NCBI GenBank assembly: GCA_017464525.1
Contig: JAFTZM010000041.1
Location: forward strand, 12,435-76,434
Length of the DNA stretch: 64,000 bases
Origin: Clostridia bacterium
GTDB lineage: Bacteria > Bacillota > Clostridia > Oscillospirales > QAKW01
Reading direction: 5' to 3'
The translations under genes were made by a program, and so were the position numbers. Shown piece after piece: positions 10,350-20,144 of the stretch. Under the pieces are notes generated by a model. The model saw nothing but the letters and a program-made list of their open reading frames with translations, had not been told where the DNA came from and ran no database searches. How positions within the stretch are numbered: position 1 is the stretch's first letter; every line of letters starts with the position of its first letter.

Positions 10350-12173
10350 TTATTTTTTCAGTTTAGAAACTTCCTTCAGGCGTTCCGTATTGCTGAGGGT
10401 CTGCTTCCGCAGGCGGATATTGGTGGGGGTCACCTCGATAAATTCATCGGGAGCGATAAACTCGATGGACTCCTCTAGGCTCAGCTTTTTAGGGGGAATA
10501 AGGCGCAGGGCTTCATCGGAGCCGCTGGCACGCATATTGGTCACGTGCTTCTTTTTGCAGACATTCACGGCAATATCATCGCCCTTGGGGTTCATTCCCA
10601 CGATCATCCCTTCATAAACGGGGGTACCGGGCTCGATAAAGAGGGCACCCCGCTCCTGCGCATTAAAGAGGCCGTAGGTCACAGCCTCGCCGGTCTCAAA
10701 GGCAATGAGGGAGCCGGTGGAACGGCCGGGGATCTCTCCCTTATAGGGCTCATAGCCATGGAAAATGGTATTCATAATGCCCTCGCCCCGGGTGGCGGTG
10801 AGGAAATCGCTCTTATAGCCGATCAGGCCCCGGGCGGGCACCAGATACTGCAGCTTCATCCGGCTGCCGTTGGGCTCCATGGAGAGCATTTCGCCCTTAC
10901 GGGAGCCGAGGCGCTCCACGACTGCGCCCACGCAATCCTCCGGTACGTCGATAAACACCTGCTCAATGGGCTCGCATTTCTGGCCGTCGATCTCTTTATA
11001 CAGCACATGGGGCATGGAAACGGCAAATTCATAGCCCTCCCGGCGCATGGTCTCGATGAGGATGGAAAGGTGCATCTCGCCCCGGCCGGCCACCTTGAAG
11101 GTATCAGCGCTTTCGCCCTCCTCTACCCGCAGGGAAACATCCTTCAAAAGCTCCCGCATCAGCCGGTCACGGAGATGGCGGGAGGTCACAAATTTACCCT
11201 CCCGGCCGGCAAAGGGGCTGTTATTGACCATAAAATTCATTTCCAGGGTAGGCTCGCTGATCTTCACAAAGGGTAGCGGATCGGGATGATCCACCGCGCA
11301 GAGGGTCTCACCGATGGTCACATTCTCGATGCCGGAGAAGCAGATGATATCCCCCGCCTTTGCTTCGGTCACCGGCACCCGGTTCAGCCCTTCAATGGCG
11401 AAAAGCGCCTGCACACGGCCCTTGCGGATATTTTCCGGCTCATGGAAGTTACAGACCGCCAGTTCTTCATTCTGGTGGATCACGCCCCGCTCAATGCGGC
11501 CGATGCCGATCCGCCCCACAAAATCGTTATAGTCGATGGAGGAGACCAGCACCTGCAGAGGCTCCTCATCCTCCCCTTCGGGGGCGGGAATCTGATCCAG
11601 GATCTTATCAAAAAGAGGCGCCAGATCGGTGCCCTTCACCTCGGGGCTGAGGGAGGCGGTGCCTTCCCGGCCGGAGCAGAAGAGGATGGGGCTATCCAGC
11701 TGTTCGTCGCTGGCGCCCAGCTCGATCAGCAGCTCCAATACTTCGTCCACCACCTCCAGGGGGCGGGCGTCGGGGCGGTCTACCTTATTGACCACCACAA
11801 TGATCTGATGGCCCATCTCCAGCGCCTTTTCCAGCACAAAGCGGGTCTGGGGCATGGCACCCTCAAAGGCATCCACCAGCAGCAGAACGCCGTTTACCAT
11901 CTTCAGGATCCGCTCCACCTCGCCGCTGAAATCGGCGTGGCCCGGGGTATCCACAATATTGATCTTGGTGCCCTTCCAATGGGCTGCCGTATTTTTCGCC
12001 AGGATGGTGATGCCACGCTCCCGCTCCAGGTCGTTGCTATCCATTACCCGGTCGGCCACCGCCTGGTTATCACGGAACACACCGCCCTGCTTGAGCATCT
12101 CGTCCACCAGGGTGGTCTTGCCGTGGTCAACGTGGGCAATAATGGCAATATTTCTCAAATCTTCTCTTTTCAT
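10350..12173 (-). CDS. typA: Translational GTPase TypA/BipA
   Basis: 607 aa. [29 protein letters not shown] (G1), DTPGHADF (G3), NKVD (G4), and the full-length EF-G-like architecture. Confidence 0.95.
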   Translation of the reverse strand: MKREDLRNIAIIAHVDHGKTTLVDEMLKQGGVFRDNQAVADRVMDSNDLERERGITILAKNTAAHWKGTKINIVDTPGHADFSGEVERILKMVNGVLLLVDAFEGAMPQTRFVLEKALEMGHQIIVVVNKVDRPDARPLEVVDEVLELLIELGASDEQLDSPILFCSGREGTASLSPEVKGTDLAPLFDKILDQIPAPEGEDEEPLQVLVSSIDYNDFVGRIGIGRIERGVIHQNEELAVCNFHEPENIRKGRVQALFAIEGLNRVPVTEAKAGDIICFSGIENVTIGETLCAVDHPDPLPFVKISEPTLEMNFMVNNSPFAGREGKFVTSRHLRDRLMRELLKDVSLRVEEGESADTFKVAGRGEMHLSILIETMRREGYEFAVSMPHVLYKEIDGQKCEPIEQVFIDVPEDCVGAVVERLGSRKGEMLSMEPNGSRMKLQYLVPARGLIGYKSDFLTATRGEGIMNTIFHGYEPYKGEIPGRSTGSLIAFETGEAVTYGLFNAQERGALFIEPGTPVYEGMIVGMNPKGDDIAVNVCKKKHVTNMRASGSDEALRLIPPKKLSLEESIEFIAPDEFIEVTPTNIRLRKQTLSNTERLKEVSKLKK

Positions 12174-12195
12174 ATTAAACCTTCTTTCTGCATAG

Positions 12196-12465
12196 CCAAA
12201 GCATTGAAACTTGAATCGGCCTGAAAGGGCGGTTTTTCGATGCTTTTCGGCTCATAGTCGCCAATAGGCGCCAGCCTTATTCGCTCCGCTTCACCAAAAG
12301 TCATTCAAAAAACCGCGCCTTTCAGGTCGCAGAATTTTGGAACAACGGATTTTTCGGTGGGCGCGGCGCAAAACGCAGCAAATCCTGGCGGATTTGCGAG
12401 TATTTCAACAAAGCCTCAGCGAAAAATACGTGTTCCAAAATCCGGTTCAAGTATCAATGCTTTGG
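12196..12465 (+). mobile_element. MITE-like non-coding element, family 1, copy A (270 bp, imperfect 24-bp terminal inverted repeats)
   Basis: The ends read CCAAAGCATTGAAACTTGAATCGG ... CCGGTTCAAGTATCAATGCTTTGG. It is about 92% identical, in inverted orientation, to 40331-40599. I see no plausible ORF. It sits 22 nt upstream of the typA start codon. Confidence 0.7.
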
Positions 12466-12577
12466 CCAATAGAAAAATTATAGCAGACAAGCTCTTAAAA
12501 TTCCATATCTATTTTTGCCAAAATTCCGTATTATTTTCATTTGTTTTACGAACAATATAGTAAAAGGAGTGTGAACC

Positions 12578-13354
12578 ATGGTAAAAGGAAAAGATCTGAT
12601 GATGTTTTTAGCGGTGCCGCTGCTGATCGTAAGCCTGCTTTTTATGATGAGCGCCGGCGGAAGTGTGACCTCCACTGAGGGCTTCGAATGGTATTTCAAG
12701 CCCAACGAAACCCACACCCAGCCGGAGGTCATCGGGGAGGTCGATTTTGAGGGCTATGATGTGCTTTATTGCGGGAATGAGAGCGAGAAAAAGGTCTCCA
12801 TCACCTTTGACGCCGGCTTTGAAAACGGCTGCCACACCCCCATTTTAGACACCCTAAAGGAAAAGGGTGTGCAGGCCGCCTTCTTTTTAGACGGTAATTT
12901 TTTGAAGCAGAATGAAGAGATCGTTAAACGGATGGCGGCAGAGGGTCATATTATCGGCAACCACACCCTCAACCATGCGGATATGACCAAGCTGACGGAT
13001 CTGGCCACCTACCGGCAGCAGGTGGAGGGCTGGAACGACATCCTCACCGGCTACGGCCTGACCCCCTCCGGGTACTTCCGCTTTCCCTGCGGCAAATTTT
13101 CGGAGCGGGCGCTGGAATATAACAAGCAATTGGGGCTGACCAGCGTGTTCTGGAGCTTTGCCTATTACGATTGGGTAGAAAACGACCAGCCGGCCCCGGA
13201 GGCGGCGCTGCAGAAGATCATGAGCCGGATGCATAACGGCTGCGTGCTGCTGCTTCATTCCACCTCCAAGACCAATACGGAGATCTTAGGCACCCTCATC
13301 GACCGTCTGCGGGCGGAAGGCTACGAGATCGTGCCGCTGGAGCAGATGAGCTGA
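12578..13354 (+). CDS. pdaA: Polysaccharide deacetylase, PdaA-like (delta-lactam biosynthetic de-N-acetylase type)
   Basis: 258 aa with an N-terminal TM or signal segment. ITFDAGFENGCHTPILDTLKEKGVQAAFF...GHIIGNHTLNHADM...LLLHS aligns by eye with B. subtilis PdaA. Confidence 0.75.
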   Translation: MVKGKDLMMFLAVPLLIVSLLFMMSAGGSVTSTEGFEWYFKPNETHTQPEVIGEVDFEGYDVLYCGNESEKKVSITFDAGFENGCHTPILDTLKEKGVQAAFFLDGNFLKQNEEIVKRMAAEGHIIGNHTLNHADMTKLTDLATYRQQVEGWNDILTGYGLTPSGYFRFPCGKFSERALEYNKQLGLTSVFWSFAYYDWVENDQPAPEAALQKIMSRMHNGCVLLLHSTSKTNTEILGTLIDRLRAEGYEIVPLEQMS

Positions 13355-13390
13355 CAACCGACGGTTGTCAAAATTGCACCCCTTGAACGG

Positions 13391-13419
13391 TTGAACCTGC
13401 TCCGAAGCTCTGCTATAAT
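13391..13419 (+). promoter_or_regulatory. Sigma-A-type promoter for the HTH-ARH gene
   Basis: TTGAAC (13391-13396), a 17-nt spacer, then TATAAT (13414-13419). Confidence 0.6.
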
Positions 13420-13448
13420 GGAAGCATCAAACAACGGAGGTGCTTCTC

Positions 13449-15011
13449 ATGATCGGCAACATGATCGCCAAGCTGCGTACCAACGCCAATTTATCCCAGG
13501 AGCAATTCGGGGCGCTCTTCGGCATTTCCCGTCAATCGGTGCAGAAATGGGAGAGCGGTGCTTCGGTGCCGGAACTGGAAAAGCTCATTAACATCGCAAA
13601 ATATTTCGATGTTTCTCTGGATGCGCTGGTGCTGGAAAGCGACACCCGCATCACCGAGGAACTGCGCTACAACAAAGAGATCAAGCCTAAATACGCCAAC
13701 CTCCACGAATGGGAATCCTACTCCTCCAATCTGCGAACAGAGTATCGGCAATGCATCGAAGAGGGGCTGGATATCGCCGCCTACGGCGATACTTTCGAGG
13801 CGGTCTCACGCCTGCCCAAGGGGGAGATCAAAGAGAAACTGGGCGATACCCTCTTCGAGGTAGTGCTCCACGCCAAAACCGCCGAAGGCTACCGCTACGT
13901 TGAGCCCTCCACCTTAGAGGAAATTCGCGCCCTCTGCAAAGAGCCGGTTGCCCTCCCCGCTCCCACCGATTTGGAAGAAAAGCTCCACGGCGCCTGGCTG
14001 GGGCGAATCTGCGGCTGTATGCTCGGCAAGACAGTGGAAGGAATCCGCACTAACGAGCTGATCCCCTTCCTGCAGGAAACAGGCAACTACCCCATGCACC
14101 GTTACATTCTGAAAAAAGACCTCAACGAAGAAATCCTCAATAAATACAAATTCCGCTTTGCCAAGCGTTGCTATGCCGATGCCATTTGCGGAATGCCCCC
14201 GGACGACGACACCAACTACATGGTGCTGGCGCAAATGCTATTGGGAAAATATGGGCGGGATTTCACCTCCTACGACGTCTCCCGCATCTGGCTCTCCCTC
14301 CAGCCCAAGGATGCCTACTGCACCGCCGAGCGGGTGGCCATCTGCAACTTTGTGAAGGGCTATGAGCCGCCCCAATCGGCGATCTATAAGAACCCCTTCC
14401 GGGAATGGATCGGTGCCCAGATCCGGGGCGACTATTTCGGCTACATCAACCCCGGTGATCCTGCCATGGCCGCCGAAATGGCCTTCCGGGATGCCTCCAT
14501 CTCCCACGTAAAGAACGGCATCTACGGCGAAATGTGGGTAGCCGCCATGCTGGCAGCCGCCGCCTGCACCGGCGATATCAAGACCATCCTTGCCGCAGGG
14601 CTTTCGGAGATTCCCCACACCTCCCGCCTCCACGAAGCCGTCACCGACATCATCAAAGGCTACGAAGCAGGCATCTCCCAAGAGACCTGCTTTGCCGATA
14701 TCCACGCCCGCTACGATGAATACACCTCCCACGGCTGGTGCCACACCATCTCCAATGCCATGATCGTGGCCGCCGCCCTCCTATACGGTGAGGGAGACTA
14801 CGGAAGATCCATCTGCATGGCGGTGGAGACCGGCTTTGATACCGATTGCAACGGCGCAACAGTCGGCTCCATTCTGGGGATGGCCAAGGGTAAAGCCTAC
14901 ATTGGCGCCCAATGGACCGCCCCCATCCAGGATACCCTCCATACCACCATCTTCGGGGTGGATTCCGTCAAAATTTCTGACTGTGTCAAAAAAACATTGG
15001 AGCATATCTAA
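13449..15011 (+). CDS. XRE-type HTH domain fused to an ADP-ribosylglycohydrolase (ARH/DraG-family) domain
   Basis: The start was moved to the ATG at 13449, with GGAGG 8 nt upstream. N-terminus: IAKLRTNANLSQEQFGALFGISRQSVQKWESG. ARH motifs: GAWLGRICGCMLGKTVEG, DDDTNYMVLA, GFDTDCNGATVGSILGM. Confidence 0.8.
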   Translation: MIGNMIAKLRTNANLSQEQFGALFGISRQSVQKWESGASVPELEKLINIAKYFDVSLDALVLESDTRITEELRYNKEIKPKYANLHEWESYSSNLRTEYRQCIEEGLDIAAYGDTFEAVSRLPKGEIKEKLGDTLFEVVLHAKTAEGYRYVEPSTLEEIRALCKEPVALPAPTDLEEKLHGAWLGRICGCMLGKTVEGIRTNELIPFLQETGNYPMHRYILKKDLNEEILNKYKFRFAKRCYADAICGMPPDDDTNYMVLAQMLLGKYGRDFTSYDVSRIWLSLQPKDAYCTAERVAICNFVKGYEPPQSAIYKNPFREWIGAQIRGDYFGYINPGDPAMAAEMAFRDASISHVKNGIYGEMWVAAMLAAAACTGDIKTILAAGLSEIPHTSRLHEAVTDIIKGYEAGISQETCFADIHARYDEYTSHGWCHTISNAMIVAAALLYGEGDYGRSICMAVETGFDTDCNGATVGSILGMAKGKAYIGAQWTAPIQDTLHTTIFGVDSVKISDCVKKTLEHI

Positions 15012-15044
15012 AAGAACCCCCCGCCAAAGGCGGGGGGTTCTTTT
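15010..15044. terminator. Bidirectional terminator between convergent genes
   Basis: AAAAGAACCCCCCGCC-AAA-GGCGGGGGGTTCTTTT forms a perfect 16-bp stem. Confidence 0.85.
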
Positions 15045-16338
15045 AGATCATAATTTCAAGCCCAAGTAAGGCCAAGGCCAGGGCGGGGACCGCCACCGCC
15101 GCACCGTAGCGGGTGAAGCGGCCGAAGGATAATTTCAGGTTATGGGAGCGGAGCAGCTGCATCCACATGATCCCCGCCAGCGCACCGATGGGGGTAAAGA
15201 AAGCCCCTAAATTCGAACCGATGATGCTGGCATAAAGGGCGGCGGCAGGCTCTGCCAGATTGCCGGTGATACCGGAAAAGAGCACGCTCATGGGAATATT
15301 ATTCATCAGATTGGCGGCCAGGAAGGAGGTCACACCATAACCCCAGACAGCAGGAAAAGCACTGAGGGCTTCGGCGATCCGCTCAGTAAGCCCCACCTTC
15401 TCCATGGCCAGCACCAGAACAAACATGGAAAGCACAAAGGGGGCCATCTCCAGCGGCGCCCGTTTCAGGGATTCTGCCACCGTAACCAGGCTGCGGCGCC
15501 GGGCCAGCAGGTAGCCGGTGGCCGAAGCAAACAGACTCAGGCAAGCAACCAATGCAATGATCCACATGGGCAGATCGATATAGGAAGAGAGCACCAAAAA
15601 GAGGATGCAAAGCCCCAGATGCACCACGCCCAGCCCCACCAGCACCCGGTCTACCCGATGGACCGAAGGGGCAGAGGCCGCCAGGGGCTGCCTTAATTTT
15701 TTGCCGAAAAGCAGCAAAAGCACCCCAAGGGAGCCCAGCCCCGCCAGCAGGGTGGGCAGTGCCATGACCGTAACATAATCGAAGAAGGAAAGCCCTGCTC
15801 CGGTGCCCAGATAAATGTTGGTGGGGTTCCCGATGATCAGGATCATGCTCCAGGTATTGGCAGCGATAAATTCACAGAAGAGATACGGCAAGGGGTCAAT
15901 CCCGGCACGCCGGGTGAAGTAACAGATAAAGGGGGTGAAGGTCAGTACAATAATATCATTGGAGGTAAAGACCGTCAGCACCGAAACGGTGAGATAGAGG
16001 GTAAAAAACAGCGAAAGCTGGCTCCCCTTTGCCTTGCTCAGCATCGTTTCTGCCAGATAGCGGAAAAAGCCGGCAGAATCCAAAAACACCGAGATGAGGG
16101 TCATGGAAAAGAAAAGCACCAGGATCTTCAAAGGATTCATGGCGGTAGGAGCGGTCAGGCCTGCGAAGATCTCGCTCCAGCTTAAAGCCCCGCCGAAGGC
16201 CAGCACCAGTGCACCGATCACCGGCGGCAGCCAATAGATGCTGATCTGCTCGTGGCCGATCTGCACCGAGGGCTTGATAAATACCAGAGCGATCAGCCCG
16301 ATGCAGGTGGCGATCCCGACAGTTATAACAAAAGCCAT
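15043..16338 (-). CDS. ArsB/NhaD-superfamily (CitMHS-like) anion permease
   Basis: Polytopic, with IIGNPTNIYLG and NLMNNIPMSVLF motifs. I placed the start at MAFVITV (16338), behind GGAGGG. Confidence 0.7.
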   Translation of the reverse strand: MAFVITVGIATCIGLIALVFIKPSVQIGHEQISIYWLPPVIGALVLAFGGALSWSEIFAGLTAPTAMNPLKILVLFFSMTLISVFLDSAGFFRYLAETMLSKAKGSQLSLFFTLYLTVSVLTVFTSNDIIVLTFTPFICYFTRRAGIDPLPYLFCEFIAANTWSMILIIGNPTNIYLGTGAGLSFFDYVTVMALPTLLAGLGSLGVLLLLFGKKLRQPLAASAPSVHRVDRVLVGLGVVHLGLCILFLVLSSYIDLPMWIIALVACLSLFASATGYLLARRRSLVTVAESLKRAPLEMAPFVLSMFVLVLAMEKVGLTERIAEALSAFPAVWGYGVTSFLAANLMNNIPMSVLFSGITGNLAEPAAALYASIIGSNLGAFFTPIGALAGIMWMQLLRSHNLKLSFGRFTRYGAAVAVPALALALLGLEIMI

Positions 16339-16412
16339 ATTTTTCCCTCCTTTGCCGGAATATTCTATCACATGGGGTTGCAGATTGCAAGAATTGGTGT
16401 TAAAATATTGGT

Positions 16413-16898
16413 ATGAAAATCACCAGAACCAACCGAAAAACCATATCCCTTCGTATCAATCCCCAAGGCGAGCTGGAGGTGCGCGCACCGCTGACCTGTA
16501 CGGACAGCGAGATCCAAAAGGTCGTCCAGCGCCATCAGGAATGGATCGCCAAGCAGCAGGCCGCCCATAAGACCTATACCGAAACAGAGATCGCCATCCT
16601 GCGTTCCCGGGCCAGAACCTATATTCCCGCCCGGGTGGCTTATTATGCCATTTTAATGAATGTAAAGCCCGCCTCGGTGAAGATCACCTCTGCCCGCAGC
16701 CGCTACGGCAGCTGCAGCAGTAAGAAGCGGCTTTGCTTTTCCCTGTACCTGATGGACAATTCCCCCCGGGCCATCGATTATGTAGTGGTGCATGAGCTGG
16801 CCCATCTACGCCATATGAACCATAGCCCCGCCTTTTACCGGGAAGTCGAACGGATCCTGCCCGACTACCGGGAGCGGGAAAAGGAGTTAAGACCGTGA
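16413..16898 (+). CDS. YgjP/DUF45-type (M48-like) metal-dependent hydrolase
   Basis: 161 aa. YVVVHELAHLRHMNHSPAFY contains an HExxH motif, and the N-terminal RKTISLRI pattern is typical of DUF45. Confidence 0.75.
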   Translation: MKITRTNRKTISLRINPQGELEVRAPLTCTDSEIQKVVQRHQEWIAKQQAAHKTYTETEIAILRSRARTYIPARVAYYAILMNVKPASVKITSARSRYGSCSSKKRLCFSLYLMDNSPRAIDYVVVHELAHLRHMNHSPAFYREVERILPDYREREKELRP

Positions 16899-18619
16899 TC
16901 AAAAAATTCATTCCCTACTACAAGCCTCATCAGAAGCTCTTTTGGAGCGATATGTTCTTTGCGGTGCTCAGCGCGGTGGTGACCCTCATCATTCCGCTGA
17001 TGGTGCGAAGGATCACCTCCGATTATATCCTGCGCCCCGCCGATGAAGCCCTGCGGCTGATCCTCTGGATGGCGGCAGGAATGTTGATCCTCATCGGCCT
17101 TGAGGCATTCTGCAACTTTTTCACCGCCTATTGGGGGCATATCATGGGCGCCCGGATGGAGTATTCCATGCGGGAAGAGCTTTTTCACCATTATCAGCAG
17201 CTCTCCTTCAGTTTTTACGATAACCAGAAGGTGGGGCAGCTGATGAGCCGCATCGGCAACGATCTTTTTGATATCGCCGAGCTGGCCCACCATGGCCCGG
17301 AGGATCTCTTTATTTCTGCCATCAAGCTGATCGGCTCCCTGATCATCATGGCCGGCGTCAACTGGAAGTTGGCAGTGGTGGCGTTGCTGATCCTGCCTCC
17401 CATGATCCTTTACGCCGGCTATTGCAACACGAAAATGCGCACCGCCTTTAAGCAGAACCGGGTGCAGATGGGCAATTTTAACGCAGGCATGGAGGATAAT
17501 CTTTCCGGCATCCGGGTGGTGAAATCCTTTGCCAATGAAGCCGAAGAGGGCAAAAAATTCAAGGTCTTAAACGATAATCTGCTGAATGCCAAGCGGTACG
17601 CTTACCGCTGCATGGGGCAGTTCCATTCCGGGCTGGGTGCCTTTACCACCTTTATCACCGTGGCGGTGATCGTGGCGGGGGCGATCCTCATCTCTCAAAA
17701 ACAGCTCCTGGCCACCGACCTGATCACCTTTTTGCTTTATATCAACAACTTCACCGAACCGGTGCGGAAGCTGATCAACTTTACCGAGCAGTTCCAGAAC
17801 GGTGCCACCGCCTTCGGCCGGTTCCGAGAAATGATGGACGTGGAGGTGGAGATCAAGGATCTTCCCGGCGCCGTTCAACCGCCCCGCTTTGAAGGAAGCG
17901 TGACCTTCGACGGCGTCTCCTTCCACTACCCCGAGCATGAAAAAACGGTGCTCTCCCACGTTTCCCTGGATGTGAAGCCCGGGGAATATGTGGCGCTGGT
18001 AGGAGAATCCGGCGCCGGAAAAAGCACCCTTTGCAGCCTGATCCCCCGGTTCTATGAGGTCAGCGACGGCGCCATCCGCATCGACGGCCAGGATATCCGG
18101 GGCTATACCCTCAAGGGCCTCCGGGATCAGATCGGCGTGGTGCAGCAGGATGTGTACCTATTTGCCGGCACCGTAATGGAAAATATCCGCTACGGCCGCC
18201 CGGATGCCACCGATGAAGAGATCATTGAGGCCGCCAAAAAGGCCAACGCCCATAGCTTTATTGAAAACCTGCCCAATGGCTACCATACCGATATCGGCCA
18301 GCGAGGGGTAAAGCTCTCCGGCGGCCAGAAGCAACGGCTTTCCATTGCCCGGGTATTTTTAAAAAATCCCCCTATCCTCATTTTCGATGAAGCCACCTCC
18401 GCGCTGGATAACGAAAGTGAGCGGGTGGTGCAGGAAAGCCTGGAAAAGCTGGCAGAAAACCGCACCACCTTTGTGATCGCCCACCGCCTTTCCACCATCC
18501 GCAATGCAGAACGGATCCTGGTGCTCACCGAGGAGGGCATCGCCGAAGAGGGCAGCCACGCCCAGCTGATGGAAAAGAATGGCATCTATGCCGAACTTTA
18601 TAATATGCAGTTTAGCTAA
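16895..18619 (+). CDS. ABC exporter, fused permease and ATPase (MsbA/type-I exporter fold)
   Basis: 574 aa. GESGAGKST (Walker A), [13 protein letters not shown] (signature), ILIFDEATSALD (Walker B). It overlaps the upstream gene by 4 nt. Confidence 0.9.
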   Translation: MIKKFIPYYKPHQKLFWSDMFFAVLSAVVTLIIPLMVRRITSDYILRPADEALRLILWMAAGMLILIGLEAFCNFFTAYWGHIMGARMEYSMREELFHHYQQLSFSFYDNQKVGQLMSRIGNDLFDIAELAHHGPEDLFISAIKLIGSLIIMAGVNWKLAVVALLILPPMILYAGYCNTKMRTAFKQNRVQMGNFNAGMEDNLSGIRVVKSFANEAEEGKKFKVLNDNLLNAKRYAYRCMGQFHSGLGAFTTFITVAVIVAGAILISQKQLLATDLITFLLYINNFTEPVRKLINFTEQFQNGATAFGRFREMMDVEVEIKDLPGAVQPPRFEGSVTFDGVSFHYPEHEKTVLSHVSLDVKPGEYVALVGESGAGKSTLCSLIPRFYEVSDGAIRIDGQDIRGYTLKGLRDQIGVVQQDVYLFAGTVMENIRYGRPDATDEEIIEAAKKANAHSFIENLPNGYHTDIGQRGVKLSGGQKQRLSIARVFLKNPPILIFDEATSALDNESERVVQESLEKLAENRTTFVIAHRLSTIRNAERILVLTEEGIAEEGSHAQLMEKNGIYAELYNMQFS

Positions 18620-18655
18620 AGCATTGAAACTTGAATCAAGTATCAATGCTCTGGG
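18617..18655. repeat. Collapsed family-1 element: the two TIRs abut with no internal sequence
   Basis: CTAAAGCATTGAAACTTGAATCAAGTATCAATGCTCTGG matches the left TIR joined to the right TIR of the 270-bp element. It forms a 14-bp hairpin with one mismatch and overlaps the ABC exporter stop codon. Confidence 0.65.
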
Positions 18656-18664
18656 TAACTAAAC

Positions 18665-18696
18665 AGAAGCACAGAGCATGATCGCTCTGTGCTTCT
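18665..18696. terminator. Hairpin between convergent genes
   Basis: AGAAGCACAGAGC-ATGATC-GCTCTGTGCTTCT forms a 13-bp stem. The U-tracts are weak. Confidence 0.5.
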
Positions 18697-18697
18697 T

Positions 18698-19030
18698 TCA
18701 CTTTACTTGAAACAATTTATAGGGGGTATTCCGCTCCTTACATTTGGTTACAACAAACCCCGTTCCGGAGGAAACGCCGTCCCAGAAGGCCAGCACCAGA
18801 TCGCTATAGTCGATAATCTGGATATTCCGGCGCAGGGGGGCACTGCGGCCATAGGTATCATAATCCGGCAGAAATTCCGTCAGCTTGATGCCATGCTCCA
18901 AAGCGTAGCGGCGGGCGCACCGATCGATGCCCCGGGCGCCGCCGGAAACGATCTCGGTGGTCTCGGGAGGCAGATATTTTTCCAGGTCGTGCACCTCCAG
19001 GCTGCGGGAGCCGATCACCGCTACCTTCAT
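18698..19030 (-). CDS. SLOG-superfamily (DprA/Smf-like Rossmann) small protein
   Basis: 110 aa. MKVAVIGSRS...IVSGGARGIDRCARRYA resembles the DprA/SLOG GGARGID motif. An ATGA overlap couples it to the upstream gene. Confidence 0.55.
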   Translation of the reverse strand: MKVAVIGSRSLEVHDLEKYLPPETTEIVSGGARGIDRCARRYALEHGIKLTEFLPDYDTYGRSAPLRRNIQIIDYSDLVLAFWDGVSSGTGFVVTKCKERNTPYKLFQVK

Positions 19031-20133
19031 ACCTCTGCCTCCTTTTGGAGAAGGTGCTCCTCTAAGATATTCTTCTCCTTGTCCACAACAGCGAAATGAA
19101 TACCCTCGGGGGTGAAGTGATAGGTGGCAGCCCGAAATTCAGCGCCGTGCTTGCCATCGGGGGAACCGCCGATGCCGATGGGCCAGCGCTGCCCCAGCTG
19201 ATCCAGCTCGCCACCCGGCAAAAAAAGACCGGGGTTGTGGGTATGGCCGCTGATCATGATATCCGGCTGGATCTCCTCCCGCAGAGCCCGGCACCAACTT
19301 CCGTAAAGCTCCTGCTCAATATCAAAGGGCGGGCGGGGCACATGGCAGAAGGGATGGTGCACGATGACCGCCTTATGCCGGATGGCGGGATCATTGTATT
19401 CCCCGGCGGCGACCACCTCCTTGAAGAATTCATCTTCTGCCTCCCGGAACTGATGGAAGCATACGGTGCCGTCGTATTCCTGGCTGGAATCCGGCTTGTC
19501 CTCCCCGCAATCCAGCACCAGCGCCCAGAAGGAGCCGGCCCGAACGGTAAAGTAGGTGCGCCCCTCCCGATGGGGGATATAGCCCCCTAAAATTTCGGCC
19601 CGGCGGCCCCGGGAATCGTGGTTGCCCCGGGCAAAGATCACCGGGATCTCCCCCTTGGTCACGGTGCCGGTCAGTTTCAAAATACGCAGGCAGTGCTCCT
19701 CACGATCCAGAAAATTAGTAATATCCCCGTTCAGGATCAAAGCATCCATATCCGGCAGGATCCCGGCCGCTTCTATGGCAACATCGATGGCGCCGTGCAC
19801 ATCGGAAGCGTGGAAAAACTTAGGGTCTTCCCCGATCTTACGGAAGGAAAGGGTGTATTGCTGCTCCGGCTCCGATTCGGGGAAATAGGGCTTGCGATCG
19901 ATGATGGTGCGCCAGCAAAGGGTATAGCAGCCCGCCTCATCCAGCGCCTGCTGGGGCACGGTGATGCGGTGCACCCCATTATCGGAACGGATGGTGCCGG
20001 CGAAATGGTCATAGTAATTGCGCTCCCCTACCCTGATCCAAAGGAGGGCGGGCTTTTCCATGGGGACCAGGATCTGATACTCCCGGTCGAAGAGATAAAG
20101 AGTCGGATAATAAGTAAAAATTTCTGGCAGCAT
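19027..20133 (-). CDS. Calcineurin-like metallophosphoesterase
   Basis: Motifs DVHG, GDITNF, GNHDSRG and GHTHNPG. I trimmed the start to MLPEIF (20133, SD GAGGAAG). The track's longer N-terminus overlaps the upstream gene. Confidence 0.75.
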   Translation of the reverse strand: MLPEIFTYYPTLYLFDREYQILVPMEKPALLWIRVGERNYYDHFAGTIRSDNGVHRITVPQQALDEAGCYTLCWRTIIDRKPYFPESEPEQQYTLSFRKIGEDPKFFHASDVHGAIDVAIEAAGILPDMDALILNGDITNFLDREEHCLRILKLTGTVTKGEIPVIFARGNHDSRGRRAEILGGYIPHREGRTYFTVRAGSFWALVLDCGEDKPDSSQEYDGTVCFHQFREAEDEFFKEVVAAGEYNDPAIRHKAVIVHHPFCHVPRPPFDIEQELYGSWCRALREEIQPDIMISGHTHNPGLFLPGGELDQLGQRWPIGIGGSPDGKHGAEFRAATYHFTPEGIHFAVVDKEKNILEEHLLQKEAEV

Positions 20134-20144
20134 TTTAAACTTCC

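Noticed and set aside
12357-12560. Short ORFs inside the family-1 elements: 12357-12560 (+) and 40316-40516 (-).
   Set aside because: They are not conserved between the two copies in a consistent frame and have no RBS. The elements are better explained as non-coding.
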